From Pseudomonadota bacterium (GTDB taxonomy: Bacteria; Pseudomonadota; Alphaproteobacteria; Rhizobiales; Methylopilaceae), in assembly GCA_023430145.1 (NCBI GenBank), contig JAEZCD010000005.1, positions 3,458 to 35,457 of the forward strand: a stretch of 32,000 nucleotides of DNA, read 5' to 3'. Positions 1 through 8,022 of the stretch are shown here, in pieces (the first letter of the stretch is position 1; each line of letters starts with the position of its first letter). A program made the translations under genes and the position numbers. The notes below the pieces were generated by a model. It did no database searches. It saw nothing but the letters and a program-made list of their open reading frames with translations, and was not told where the DNA came from.

Positions 1-2454
1 CGAGCCCGTATGCCAGTGCTCGAGCTGGCGGCCGGTGGTCAGCACCATCGGGTACTCGGCGTCCGGCTCCTCGGCCGGGTTGATGATCTTCGCCGGCACG
101 AATTTTCCGCGCCCGCTCTTGGTCGGAAAACCGTTGCCGAAGACGATGTCGTGCCCGGGCTCGTCCGGCGCGTCGCAAGGGTAGGTGACGGAATCCTCGC
201 GCGCGACGCGCTCCCAGGTGATGTTGGCGAGCGAGGGCATCGCCTTCGTCATCTCGGCGAAAACCTCGCTCGGATGCGTATAGGTCCAGCCGCAGCCGAG
301 GCGGTTGGCGAGGTCGATGATGATCTCGAGGTCCTGGCGCGCCCGGCCCGGCAGCGGCAGCGCCTTCCGCCCCATCTGCACCTGGCGGTTGGTGTTGGTG
401 ACCGTGCCCTCCTTCTCCGGCCAGGCCGAGGCCGGCAGCACCACGTCGGCATACTTCGCCGTCTCGGTGAGGAAGATGTCCTGGACGACGAGGTGGTCGA
501 GGCTGGCGAGGGCCTCGCGGGCGTGCTGGACGTCCGGGTCCGACATCGCCGGGTTCTCGCCCATGATGTACATGCCGGAGATCTGGCCCTCGTGCACCGC
601 GTCCATGATCTCGACCACGGTCAGGCCGCGCTTCGGATCGAGGTGCGGAACGCCCCAGAGATCCTCGTAGAAGGCGCGCACCTTCGGATCCTCGACCGAC
701 TGGTAGTCCGGATAGACCATCGGGATCAGGCCCGCGTCGGAGGCGCCCTGCACATTGTTCTGGCCGCGCAGCGGATGCAGGCCGGTCCCGGGCCGGCCGA
801 TCTGGCCGGTGACGAGCGAGAGCGCGATCAGGCAGCGGGCATTGTCGGTGCCGTGGATGTGCTGGCTCACCCCCATGCCCCAGAAGATGATCGCCGCCTC
901 GGCGCGGGCATAGAGCCGCGCGACCTCGCGCAGCGTCTTGGCCGGAATGCCGCAGATCGCCTCCATCTTCTCGGGCGGATAGTCGCGGACATTCTCGACC
1001 AGCGCCTCGAAGTCCTCGGTGTGCGCCTGCACGTATTGCCGGTCGTAGAGCTGCTCCTCGATGATCGTGTGCAGCATGGCGTTCAGCATCGAGACGTCGC
1101 GTCCCGGCTTGAACTGCAGCATGTGCGTCGCATGCTTCATCATCACGGTGCCGCGCGGGTCCATGACGACGAGCTTGGCACCGCGCTCGGTGGCGTTCTT
1201 GAAGAAGGTGGCGGCGACCGGGTGGTTCTCGGTCGGGTTGGCGCCGATGACGACGATCACGTCGGCATCCTCGGCCGCCATGAAGGGCGCCGAGACCGCG
1301 CCCGAGCCCACCCCCTCCATCAGCGCCGCCACCGAGGAGGCGTGGCAGAGCCGCGTGCAGTGGTCGACATTGTTGGTGTGGAAGCCGGTGCGGACCAGCT
1401 TCTGGAACAGGTAGGCCTCCTCGTTGGAGCCCTTCGCCGAGCCGAAGCCGGCGAGCGCATTGCCGCCGCGCGCGTCGCGGATCTTCGCGAGACCGCCGGC
1501 GGCGCGATCCAGCGCCTCCTCCCAGGTGGCCTCGCGGAAATGCGTCCACGGGTTCAGCGGATCGATGTCGACATCGTGCTTGGAGACGCCGTCGCGGCGG
1601 ATCAGCGGTACGGTCAGCCGGTCCGGGTGGTGCACATAGTCGAAGCCGAAGCGGCCCTTCACGCAGAGCCGATTCTGGTTCGCTGGCCCGTTACGGCCCT
1701 GCACGGCGACGATCTCGTCGTCCTTGATCTGGTAGGTGAGCTGGCAGCCGACGCCGCAATAGGGGCAGACGCTGTTCACCTCGCGCTCAGGCGCGTTGGT
1801 GAAATGGCCCTCGGCGTCGATCTGCTTGGCGGGCATCAGCGCGCCGGTCGGGCAGACCTGCACGCACTCGCCGCAGGCGACGCAGGTCGAGTTGCCCATC
1901 GGATCGTCGAAGTCGAAGACGATCTTTTCCGAGAAGCCGCGGCCCGCCATGCCGATGACGTCGTTGACCTGCACCTCGCGGCAGGCGCGGACGCAGAGAT
2001 TGCACTGGATGCAGGCGTCGAGCTGCACGGCCATCGCCGGATGGCTGCGGTCCGGCTCCCAGCGCGGCGTCGTCGGGAAGCGGCTCTCGTCGACCTCGAT
2101 GCGGTCGGCCCAGTTCCAGAAGGCCGAGCTCGGATCGTGCGCGACCTCCCGCTTGGGCTGATCGGTGACCAAGAGCTCGAACACGAGCTCGCGCGAGCGG
2201 CGCGCCCGCTCGCTCGACGTCACCACCTTCATGCCGGCGGCGGGCTTGCGCACGCAGGAGGCGGCGAGCACGCGCTCGCCCTCGATCTCGACCATGCAGG
2301 CGCGGCAATTGCCGTCCGGCCGATAGCCGGGCTCGGGCGAGTAGCAGAGGTGCGGGATCTCGGTGCCGCGGCGATTGGCGACCTGCCAGATCGTCTCGCC
2401 CGGCTGGGCGGTGACTTCCTCGCCGTCGAGGATGAAGCGGATGCCCTCGAGCAT
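1..2454 (-). CDS. fdsA: NAD-linked molybdopterin formate dehydrogenase, alpha (catalytic) subunit. First 818 codons only; the 3' end lies beyond the left window edge.
   Basis: Missing from the ORF track because it has no in-window stop. I translated the minus strand by hand from the ATG at 2454 and it stays open to position 1. N-terminus is MLEGIRFILDGEEVTAQPGETIWQVA...LCYSPEPGYRPDGNCRACMVEIEG (2Fe-2S). It continues with CIQCNLCVRACREVQ and CVACGECVQVCPTGAL (4Fe-4S), CPYCGVGCQL, the NRLCVKGRF and TRLCHASS Mo-site Cys context, and GANPTENHPVA. GGAGAG sits 6-7 nt upstream, directly after the stop of the preceding gene. Confidence 0.9.
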   Translation of the reverse strand, partial: MLEGIRFILDGEEVTAQPGETIWQVANRRGTEIPHLCYSPEPGYRPDGNCRACMVEIEGERVLAASCVRKPAAGMKVVTSSERARRSRELVFELLVTDQPKREVAHDPSSAFWNWADRIEVDESRFPTTPRWEPDRSHPAMAVQLDACIQCNLCVRACREVQVNDVIGMAGRGFSEKIVFDFDDPMGNSTCVACGECVQVCPTGALMPAKQIDAEGHFTNAPEREVNSVCPYCGVGCQLTYQIKDDEIVAVQGRNGPANQNRLCVKGRFGFDYVHHPDRLTVPLIRRDGVSKHDVDIDPLNPWTHFREATWEEALDRAAGGLAKIRDARGGNALAGFGSAKGSNEEAYLFQKLVRTGFHTNNVDHCTRLCHASSVAALMEGVGSGAVSAPFMAAEDADVIVVIGANPTENHPVAATFFKNATERGAKLVVMDPRGTVMMKHATHMLQFKPGRDVSMLNAMLHTIIEEQLYDRQYVQAHTEDFEALVENVRDYPPEKMEAICGIPAKTLREVARLYARAEAAIIFWGMGVSQHIHGTDNARCLIALSLVTGQIGRPGTGLHPLRGQNNVQGASDAGLIPMVYPDYQSVEDPKVRAFYEDLWGVPHLDPKRGLTVVEIMDAVHEGQISGMYIMGENPAMSDPDVQHAREALASLDHLVVQDIFLTETAKYADVVLPASAWPEKEGTVTNTNRQVQMGRKALPLPGRARQDLEIIIDLANRLGCGWTYTHPSEVFAEMTKAMPSLANITWERVAREDSVTYPCDAPDEPGHDIVFGNGFPTKSGRGKFVPAKIINPAEEPDAEYPMVLTTGRQLEHWHTGS

Positions 2455-2467
2455 GGGTCGTCTCTCC

Positions 2468-4210
2468 TCAGTGCGTCCCGAGCTCGCGGCGCGCGGCCGC
2501 GGCGGTCGGCGCAAGATCGCTGCGGAAATGCCGGAGCACCTGTTTCACCGGATTCATGGCCGCCTGGCCGAGGCCGCAGATCGAGGCGTCGCCCATGACC
2601 TTCATCAAGTCCTCGAGCAGGCTCTCGTTCCAGGCCGGCTGCTGCATCAGCTTGACGGCCTTCTCGGTGCCGACGCGGCAGGGCGTGCACTGGCCGCAGC
2701 TCTCGTCCTCGAAGAAGCGGAGCAGGTTCAGCGCCACCTCGCGCATGTTGTCCTCGTCCGACAAGACGACGACCGCCGCCGAGCCGATGAAGCAGCCATG
2801 CGGCTCGAGCGTGCCGAAATCGAGCGGGATGTCGGCCATGGAGGCCGGCAGGATGCCGCCCGAGGCGCCGCCGGGCAGATAGCCCTTGAAGGCGTGCCCC
2901 TCGGCCATGCCGCCGCAATATTCGTCGATCAGCTCGCGCACCGTGATGCCGGCCGGGGCGAGCTTCACGCCCGGCTCTTTCACGCGGCCCGAGACGGAGA
3001 ATGTGCGAAGCCCGGTCCGGCCGTTGCGGCCAAACCCCTTGAACCAGTCGCCGCCCTTCTCGAGGATCTCCCGGACCCAGAAGACGGTCTCGATATTGTT
3101 GATCAGCGTCGGCCGGCCGAACAGGCCAACCTGGCTCGGGAAGGGCGGCTTGTGGCGCGGCAGGCCGCGCTTGCCCTCGATGCTCTCCAGCATCGCCGAC
3201 TCCTCGCCGCAGATGTAGGCGCCGGCGCCGCGCCGCAGATGGATCTGCGTGTGCGGCGTCAGGCCGGCGGCGACCACCTTCGGGATCTCGGCCAGGAGAA
3301 TCTCGCGGCAGTGCGGGTACTCGTCGCGCAGATAGATGTAGACGTCGCGCGCCTCGACCGCCCAGGCGCCGATCAGCATGCCCTCGAGGAAGCGATGCGG
3401 ATCGGTCTCGAGGTAGTAGCGGTCCTTGAAGGTGCCCGGCTCGCCCTCGTCGCCATTGATCGCCATCAGCCGCGGGCCGGGCTCGGCGCGCACGAAGCGC
3501 CATTTGCGGCCCGTCGGGAAGCCGGCGCCGCCGAGGCCGCGCAGCCCCGAATCCTCGAGCGACTTCGCCACGTCCTCGAACGAGCGGATGCCGGCGAGGC
3601 ATTCGCGCAGCCGCTCGTAGCCGCCGCCGGTGACATAGGCGTCGAAATCCGGATAGTCGGGCGCGTGCGGGTGCGTGTCGCCGGCCGCGACCGCCTCGGC
3701 GACGCTCTCGACGGTCGCGTGCTCGTGCAGCGTATGGCCGATCGCCGTCACGGGCGCGTTGTGGCAGCCGCCCATGCAAGGGGCGCGCACCACGCGAACG
3801 CGCTCGCCGAGCGCGGCCGGCAGTTCGGCGAGCAGCTTCTGCGCGCCCATCAGCTCGCAGGTGAGGCTGTCGCAGACGCGCACGGTCAGCGGGGGAGGGG
3901 GCGTCTCGCCGTCGCGGACGATGTCGAAATGGGCGTAGAACGAGGCGACCTCGTAGACCTCGGCCAATGCGAGCCGCATCTCGGTCGCCAGCGCGACGAG
4001 GTGGCGCGCATGCAGGCAGCCATAGGTGTCCTGCAGGAGATGGAGGTGCTCGATCAAAAGGTCGGCGCGGCGCGGCCGGTCGCCAAGCAGCGCCTGCACC
4101 TCGCGCAAGGCCTGCGGCTCGACCTGGCGGCCCTTCTGGTGCTCCGGCGACTTCCGCCGCCCCGAGCCCGGATGGATTTTTCGCGGCGCGATGATCGTGT
4201 CGGTCGCCAT
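2468..4210 (-). CDS. fdsB: Formate dehydrogenase diaphorase subunit: NuoE-like (gamma) domain fused to NuoF-like (beta) domain, binding NAD/FMN/Fe-S
   Basis: ORF 2468..4399 trimmed to the internal ATG at 4210 (MATDTIIAPRK...), which has AAGGA upstream. The 63 codons above it are Arg/Pro-rich junk and run into the neighbouring gene. The N-terminal part has the thioredoxin-like 2Fe-2S pattern (VCDSLTCELMG...APCMGGCHNAP). Then come GLRGLGGAGFPTGRKW, EGEPGTFKDR and ESCGQCTPCRVG, typical of NuoF/FdsB. Confidence 0.85.
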   Translation of the reverse strand: MATDTIIAPRKIHPGSGRRKSPEHQKGRQVEPQALREVQALLGDRPRRADLLIEHLHLLQDTYGCLHARHLVALATEMRLALAEVYEVASFYAHFDIVRDGETPPPPLTVRVCDSLTCELMGAQKLLAELPAALGERVRVVRAPCMGGCHNAPVTAIGHTLHEHATVESVAEAVAAGDTHPHAPDYPDFDAYVTGGGYERLRECLAGIRSFEDVAKSLEDSGLRGLGGAGFPTGRKWRFVRAEPGPRLMAINGDEGEPGTFKDRYYLETDPHRFLEGMLIGAWAVEARDVYIYLRDEYPHCREILLAEIPKVVAAGLTPHTQIHLRRGAGAYICGEESAMLESIEGKRGLPRHKPPFPSQVGLFGRPTLINNIETVFWVREILEKGGDWFKGFGRNGRTGLRTFSVSGRVKEPGVKLAPAGITVRELIDEYCGGMAEGHAFKGYLPGGASGGILPASMADIPLDFGTLEPHGCFIGSAAVVVLSDEDNMREVALNLLRFFEDESCGQCTPCRVGTEKAVKLMQQPAWNESLLEDLMKVMGDASICGLGQAAMNPVKQVLRHFRSDLAPTAAAARRELGTH

Positions 4211-4278
4211 TGCCGTCCTTCTCGGGTGGCTCGGCGATCCCCGCCGAGCGCAGTGCGTTCTTGAGCCGGGCTCGGCAC

Positions 4279-4310
4279 CCGTTCCGCCCGCCGGGGGGCG
4301 GACGGAACGG
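4279..4310 (-). terminator. Strong GC hairpin downstream of the acyl-CoA synthetase gene (14-nt arms, one mismatch, GGGG/CCCC loop), no U-tract
   Basis: ccgttccgcccgcc (4279-4292) pairs with ggcggacggaacgg (4297-4310), starting 13 nt after the stop at 4323. A terminator or mRNA-stabilising role is inferred only, because no T-run follows on the minus strand. Confidence 0.35.
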
Positions 4311-4322
4311 AATCTCAGGAGA

Positions 4323-6485
4323 TCAGAGCAGTCCCGCGCCGCGGGCCCACTTGTACTTGGCGCCCAGCACCTCGACCGGCAATTCGGTCGAGTACGCATA
4401 GGCCGGGATGCCGTTCTGATAGAGGTACTCGGCGGCTTCCTCGACCTCGACGTCGCCGGCGAGCGAGGCGACCATCGGCTTCTCGATGCCCTTCGCCTTG
4501 GCCTCGTTCTTCACCTCGACCATCAGCTTGGCGAACACCATCGGCGGCGTGATGATGGTGTGCCAGTAGCCGAGGATCAGCGCGTGGATGCGCGGATCCT
4601 CGAGGCCGAGCCGGACCGTGTTGGCATAGGTCGTCGGCGGCTCGCCGCCGGTGATGTCGACCGGGTTGCCGGCCGCACCGAACGGCGGGATGAATTTTCT
4701 GAACGCCGCGTCGAGATCGGGCGGCATCTTCATCAGCGACAGGCCGTTGTCGACGACCGCGTCCGACAGGAGGACGCCCGAGCCGCCGGCACCGGTGATG
4801 ATGACGACGTTCTCGCCCTTCGGGGTCGGCAGGATCGGCACGCCGCGCGCGAACTCGAGCAGCTGCCGGAGCGAGCGGGCGCGGATGACGCCGACCTGCT
4901 TGAAGACGTCCTCGTAGATCTTGTCGTTGCCGGCGAGCGCGCCCGTGTGCGAGGCCGCCGCCTGGGCGCCGGCCGAGGTGCGGCCGGCCTTCAGCACGAC
5001 GATCGGCTTCTTCTTCGAGACGCGCTTGGCGGCCTCGGCGAAGGCCCGCCCGTCCTTCAGGTCCTCGCAGTGCTGGGCGATGATCTTGGTGTTCGGGTCC
5101 TGCTCGAAGAAGGCGAGCAGGTCGTCCTCGTCGATGTCGGACTTGTTGCCGAGGCCGACGATCGCCGACACGCCCATCTTGGCCGAGCGCGAGAAGCCGA
5201 TGATCGCCATGCCGATGCCGCCGGACTGCGACGACAGCGCCGCCGAGCCTTTCACGTCGTAGGCGGTGCAGAAGGTCGCGCAGAGATTGGCCGGCGTGTA
5301 GTAGAAGCCGTAGATGTTCGGCCCCATCAGGCGGATATTGTACTTCTTGCCGATGGCGACGATCTCGTTCTGCAGCTCCACCTCGCCGGTCTCGGCGAAG
5401 CCCGAGGGGATCAGAACGGCGCCCGGGATGCCCTTCTCGCCGCATTCGGTGAGCGCGCCGGCGACGAACTTGGCCGGAATGGCGAACACCGCGGTGTCGA
5501 TCTCGCCCGGCACGTCCTTGACCGACTTGTAGGCCTTGTAGCCCAGAATCTCCTCGGCCTTCGGATGGATCGGGTAGATCTGGCCGGCATAGCCGCCGTT
5601 GATGAGGTTCTTCATCACCGAGTTGCCGATCTTGCCGGTCTCGGCCGAGGCGCCGATCACCGCAACCGCCTTCGGCTGCATGATGCGGTTCATCGCCTTG
5701 ACGATCTCGTCGTTCGAGCGCGGCGCCTCGCGCGGCTTGTAGTCGAAGTCGACCACGATGCGGACGTCGGCGGCGATCGCGTCGGACTTCGAGGCGAACA
5801 CCGGGTTAAGGTCGAGCTCGACGATCTCCGGGAAGTCGGTGACGAGCTGCGAGACGCGGACGATGATGTCGGCGAGCGCCTCGCGGTCGACCGCGTCGCC
5901 GCCGCGCACGCCGTGCAGCATCTCCTTCGCCTGGATGCCGTCGAGCATCGACAGCGCGTCCTCGCGGCTCGCCGGCGCGAGGCGGAAGGTGATGTCCTTC
6001 AGCACCTCCACCAGCACGCCGCCGAGGCCGAAGGCGACCAGCTTGCCGAACGAGCCGTCGGTGATCGAGCCGACGATCACCTCGGTGCCGCCCTTCAGCA
6101 TCTGCTGGACCTGGACGCCCTCGATCTTTGCATCCGCCTTGTACTTCTTGGCGTTGGCGAGGATCGTCTCGTAGCCGGCCTTCACCTCCTCGGCCGACTT
6201 GACGCCGACCAGCACGCCGCCGGCCTCCGTCTTGTGCAGGATGTCGGGCGAGACGATCTTCATCACCACCGGATAGCCCATGCCGGCGGCGAGGCTCTCG
6301 GCCTGCGCGGCCGAGGTCGCGACGCCTTCCTTCGGCACCGGGATGCCGTAGGCGTCGGCGACGACCTTCGCCTCGGGCGCGGTGAGCGCGTTGCGACCGT
6401 CGGCCTTGACGGCGTCGAGCACTTTGCGCACCGCGGTCTTGTCGGCGCCGGGCGCGACCGGTTTCTTGAGAGCTGCCTCTGCCAT
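4323..6485 (-). CDS. ADP/NDP-forming acyl-CoA synthetase (ACD family), single chain with permuted domain order: ATP-grasp first, then the CoA-binding and CoA-ligase domains
   Basis: 720 aa, ATG at 6485 with GAGGAGA 6 nt upstream. Residues ~20-250 are ATP-grasp (beta-type): GYPVVMKIVSPDILHKTEAGGV...ELDLNPV. Residues ~260-720 are alpha-type: KAVAVIGASAETGKIGNSVMKNL, SQSGGIG, and the phosphohistidine loop AAASHTGALAGND. Confidence 0.85.
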   Translation of the reverse strand: MAEAALKKPVAPGADKTAVRKVLDAVKADGRNALTAPEAKVVADAYGIPVPKEGVATSAAQAESLAAGMGYPVVMKIVSPDILHKTEAGGVLVGVKSAEEVKAGYETILANAKKYKADAKIEGVQVQQMLKGGTEVIVGSITDGSFGKLVAFGLGGVLVEVLKDITFRLAPASREDALSMLDGIQAKEMLHGVRGGDAVDREALADIIVRVSQLVTDFPEIVELDLNPVFASKSDAIAADVRIVVDFDYKPREAPRSNDEIVKAMNRIMQPKAVAVIGASAETGKIGNSVMKNLINGGYAGQIYPIHPKAEEILGYKAYKSVKDVPGEIDTAVFAIPAKFVAGALTECGEKGIPGAVLIPSGFAETGEVELQNEIVAIGKKYNIRLMGPNIYGFYYTPANLCATFCTAYDVKGSAALSSQSGGIGMAIIGFSRSAKMGVSAIVGLGNKSDIDEDDLLAFFEQDPNTKIIAQHCEDLKDGRAFAEAAKRVSKKKPIVVLKAGRTSAGAQAAASHTGALAGNDKIYEDVFKQVGVIRARSLRQLLEFARGVPILPTPKGENVVIITGAGGSGVLLSDAVVDNGLSLMKMPPDLDAAFRKFIPPFGAAGNPVDITGGEPPTTYANTVRLGLEDPRIHALILGYWHTIITPPMVFAKLMVEVKNEAKAKGIEKPMVASLAGDVEVEEAAEYLYQNGIPAYAYSTELPVEVLGAKYKWARGAGLL

Positions 6486-6533
6486 CGAAGTCTCCTCGGG
6501 CGTCCGTCTTCTGGCGTTGTCGTTCCGGCCGGG

Positions 6534-6639
6534 CCTTCGCGGCGCCGGCTCTCGAAGGCGGGCGGACTTCGCCTGTCGGGAGAGGGAATGTCCGCCTGGT
6601 AAGCGGCTCCGCGAGGACGGCCGGGGCCGCCCCGCGGAG
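6534..6639 (-). other. Three consecutive GC stem-loops in the frc / acyl-CoA synthetase intergenic region
   Basis: Arms ctccgcg/cgcggag (6607-6613 / 6633-6639), ggcggac/gtccgcc (6561-6567 / 6590-6596) and ccttcg/cgaagg (6534-6539 / 6553-6558). None is followed by a U-tract on the minus strand. Confidence 0.3.
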
Positions 6640-6645
6640 AAGAAA

Positions 6646-7926
6646 TCACTCGGCGGCGATGCGCGCCGGCTGCGCGCCGAGCGCGCCGGAGTCGCGGATC
6701 TCGGCGATGCGCCGCTCGTCGAACTTCAAGACGTCGCGGAGGATCTCCTCGGTGTGCTCGCCGAGCAGCGGCGAGCGGGTCACCTCGCTCGGGCTGTCGG
6801 ACAGCTTGATCGGGTTGCCGACCGACAGGTACTTGCCGCGCTCGGGGTGATCGACCTCGACGACGGTGCCGGTGTCGCGCAGCGACTTCTCCTCGGCGAT
6901 CTCCTTCATCGACAGGATCGGCCCGCAGGGGATGTCGTACTCGTTGAGAATCCCCATCGCCTCGAACTTGTCCTTGGTCATCGTCCACTCTTCGATGCGG
7001 GCGAAGATCTCGTTCAGCCGCGGCAGCCGGGCCTGCGGCGTCGCGTAGTCGGGATGGGTCTTCCACTCCGGCTCGCCGATGACGTCGCAGATCTTCTCCC
7101 AGACCGGGGCCTGGGTGATGAAGTAGATGTAGGCGTTGGGATCGGTCTCCCAGCCCTTGCACTTGAGGATGCGGCCCGGCTGGCCGCCGCCGGAATCATT
7201 GCCGGCGCGCGGCACCGCGTCGCCGAAGGGCACGCCCTCGCCATACTGGCTGTACTCGGTGAGCGGGCCGTGCGCGAGGCGCTGCTGGTCGCGCAGCTTG
7301 ACGCGGCAGAGGTTGAGCACGCCGTCCTGCATGGCGCAGGTGACGCGCTGGCCGCGGCCGGTCGTGTTGCGCTGGAAGAGCGCGGCGACGATGCCGAGCG
7401 CCAGATGCAGGCCGGTCCCGGAATCGCCGATCTGGGCGCCGGTAACGAGCGGCACGCCGTCGCGGAAGCCGGTCGTCGAGGCCGAGCCGCCGGCGCACTG
7501 GGCGACGTTCTCGTAGACCTTGCAGTCCTCGTAGGGGCCGGGGCCGAAGCCCTTGATCGAGGCGACGATCATGCGCGGGTTGAGCTCCTGGATGCGCTCC
7601 CAGGTGAAGCCCATCCGGTCGAGCACGCCCGGGGCGAAGTTCTCGACCAGCACGTCGCAGCTCTTCACCAGCGCCTCGAGGACGGCGGCGCCCTCCTTCT
7701 GCTTGGTATCGAGCGTGATCGACCGCTTGTTGTGGTTCAGCATCGTGAAATAGAGGCTGTCCACCTTCGGGATGTCGCGCAGCTGTCCGCGGGTGATATC
7801 GCCCACACCGGGACGCTCCACCTTGATCACGTCGGCGCCGAACCAGGCAAGCAGCTGCGTGCAGGTCGGGCCCGACTGAACATGGGTGAAGTCGAGGATA
7901 CGGACGCCTTCAAGAGCCTTGCCCAT
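6646..7926 (-). CDS. frc: Formyl-CoA:oxalate CoA-transferase (class III CoA-transferase)
   Basis: 426 aa, collinear by eye with Oxalobacter formigenes Frc along the whole length. Shared blocks include [71 protein letters not shown] and LLGEHT. RBS GAGAGGAAAG. Confidence 0.95.
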   Translation of the reverse strand: MGKALEGVRILDFTHVQSGPTCTQLLAWFGADVIKVERPGVGDITRGQLRDIPKVDSLYFTMLNHNKRSITLDTKQKEGAAVLEALVKSCDVLVENFAPGVLDRMGFTWERIQELNPRMIVASIKGFGPGPYEDCKVYENVAQCAGGSASTTGFRDGVPLVTGAQIGDSGTGLHLALGIVAALFQRNTTGRGQRVTCAMQDGVLNLCRVKLRDQQRLAHGPLTEYSQYGEGVPFGDAVPRAGNDSGGGQPGRILKCKGWETDPNAYIYFITQAPVWEKICDVIGEPEWKTHPDYATPQARLPRLNEIFARIEEWTMTKDKFEAMGILNEYDIPCGPILSMKEIAEEKSLRDTGTVVEVDHPERGKYLSVGNPIKLSDSPSEVTRSPLLGEHTEEILRDVLKFDERRIAEIRDSGALGAQPARIAAE

Positions 7927-7963
7927 CTTCTTTCCTCTCGACCTTATTCTTGATCTCTGAAGC

Positions 7964-7997
7964 GGGGATCCCGCCCGTCCAGGGAACGGGATTCCCC
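7964..7997 (-). other. Stem-loop between oxc and frc
   Basis: ggggatcccg (7964-7973) pairs with cgggattcccc (7987-7997) with one bulge. An alternative inner stem is cccgt/acggg. It starts 26 nt after the oxc stop and has no U-tract. Confidence 0.3.
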
Positions 7998-8022
7998 TCG
8001 TTCTCGCCCGGCGTGCCGGCGC

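Noticed and set aside
1-2454. Possible selenocysteine (in-frame TGA) in the formate dehydrogenase alpha subunit
   Set aside because: The frame has no internal stop, and the active-site position reads Cys (TRLCHASS). This is a Cys-type enzyme with no recoding.
10-2598. 862-aa plus-strand ORF covering the left end of the window
   Set aside because: It is an antisense shadow of the formate dehydrogenase alpha gene. Its translation is Arg/Ala/Gly/Leu/Asp-rich low-complexity with no motifs. The minus strand encodes an unmistakable Fe-S/molybdopterin enzyme in a frame that is open to position 1.
2229-3779. 516-aa minus-strand ORF overlapping both FDH genes in another frame, and 8681..10042 (-) overlapping oxc
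   Set aside because: They are out-of-frame overlaps of well-supported genes on the same strand. The translations are Arg/Pro/Gly-rich with no motif.
4026-6602. 858-aa plus-strand ORF, plus similar long ORFs at 6382..7953 (+), 8185..9810 (+), 11147..12547 (+) and 13140..14657 (+)
   Set aside because: All are antisense to strongly recognisable minus-strand genes (ACD, frc, oxc, tctA, tctC). Long stop-free antisense frames are expected at this GC content, and the translations are repetitive R/A/G/D/H strings.
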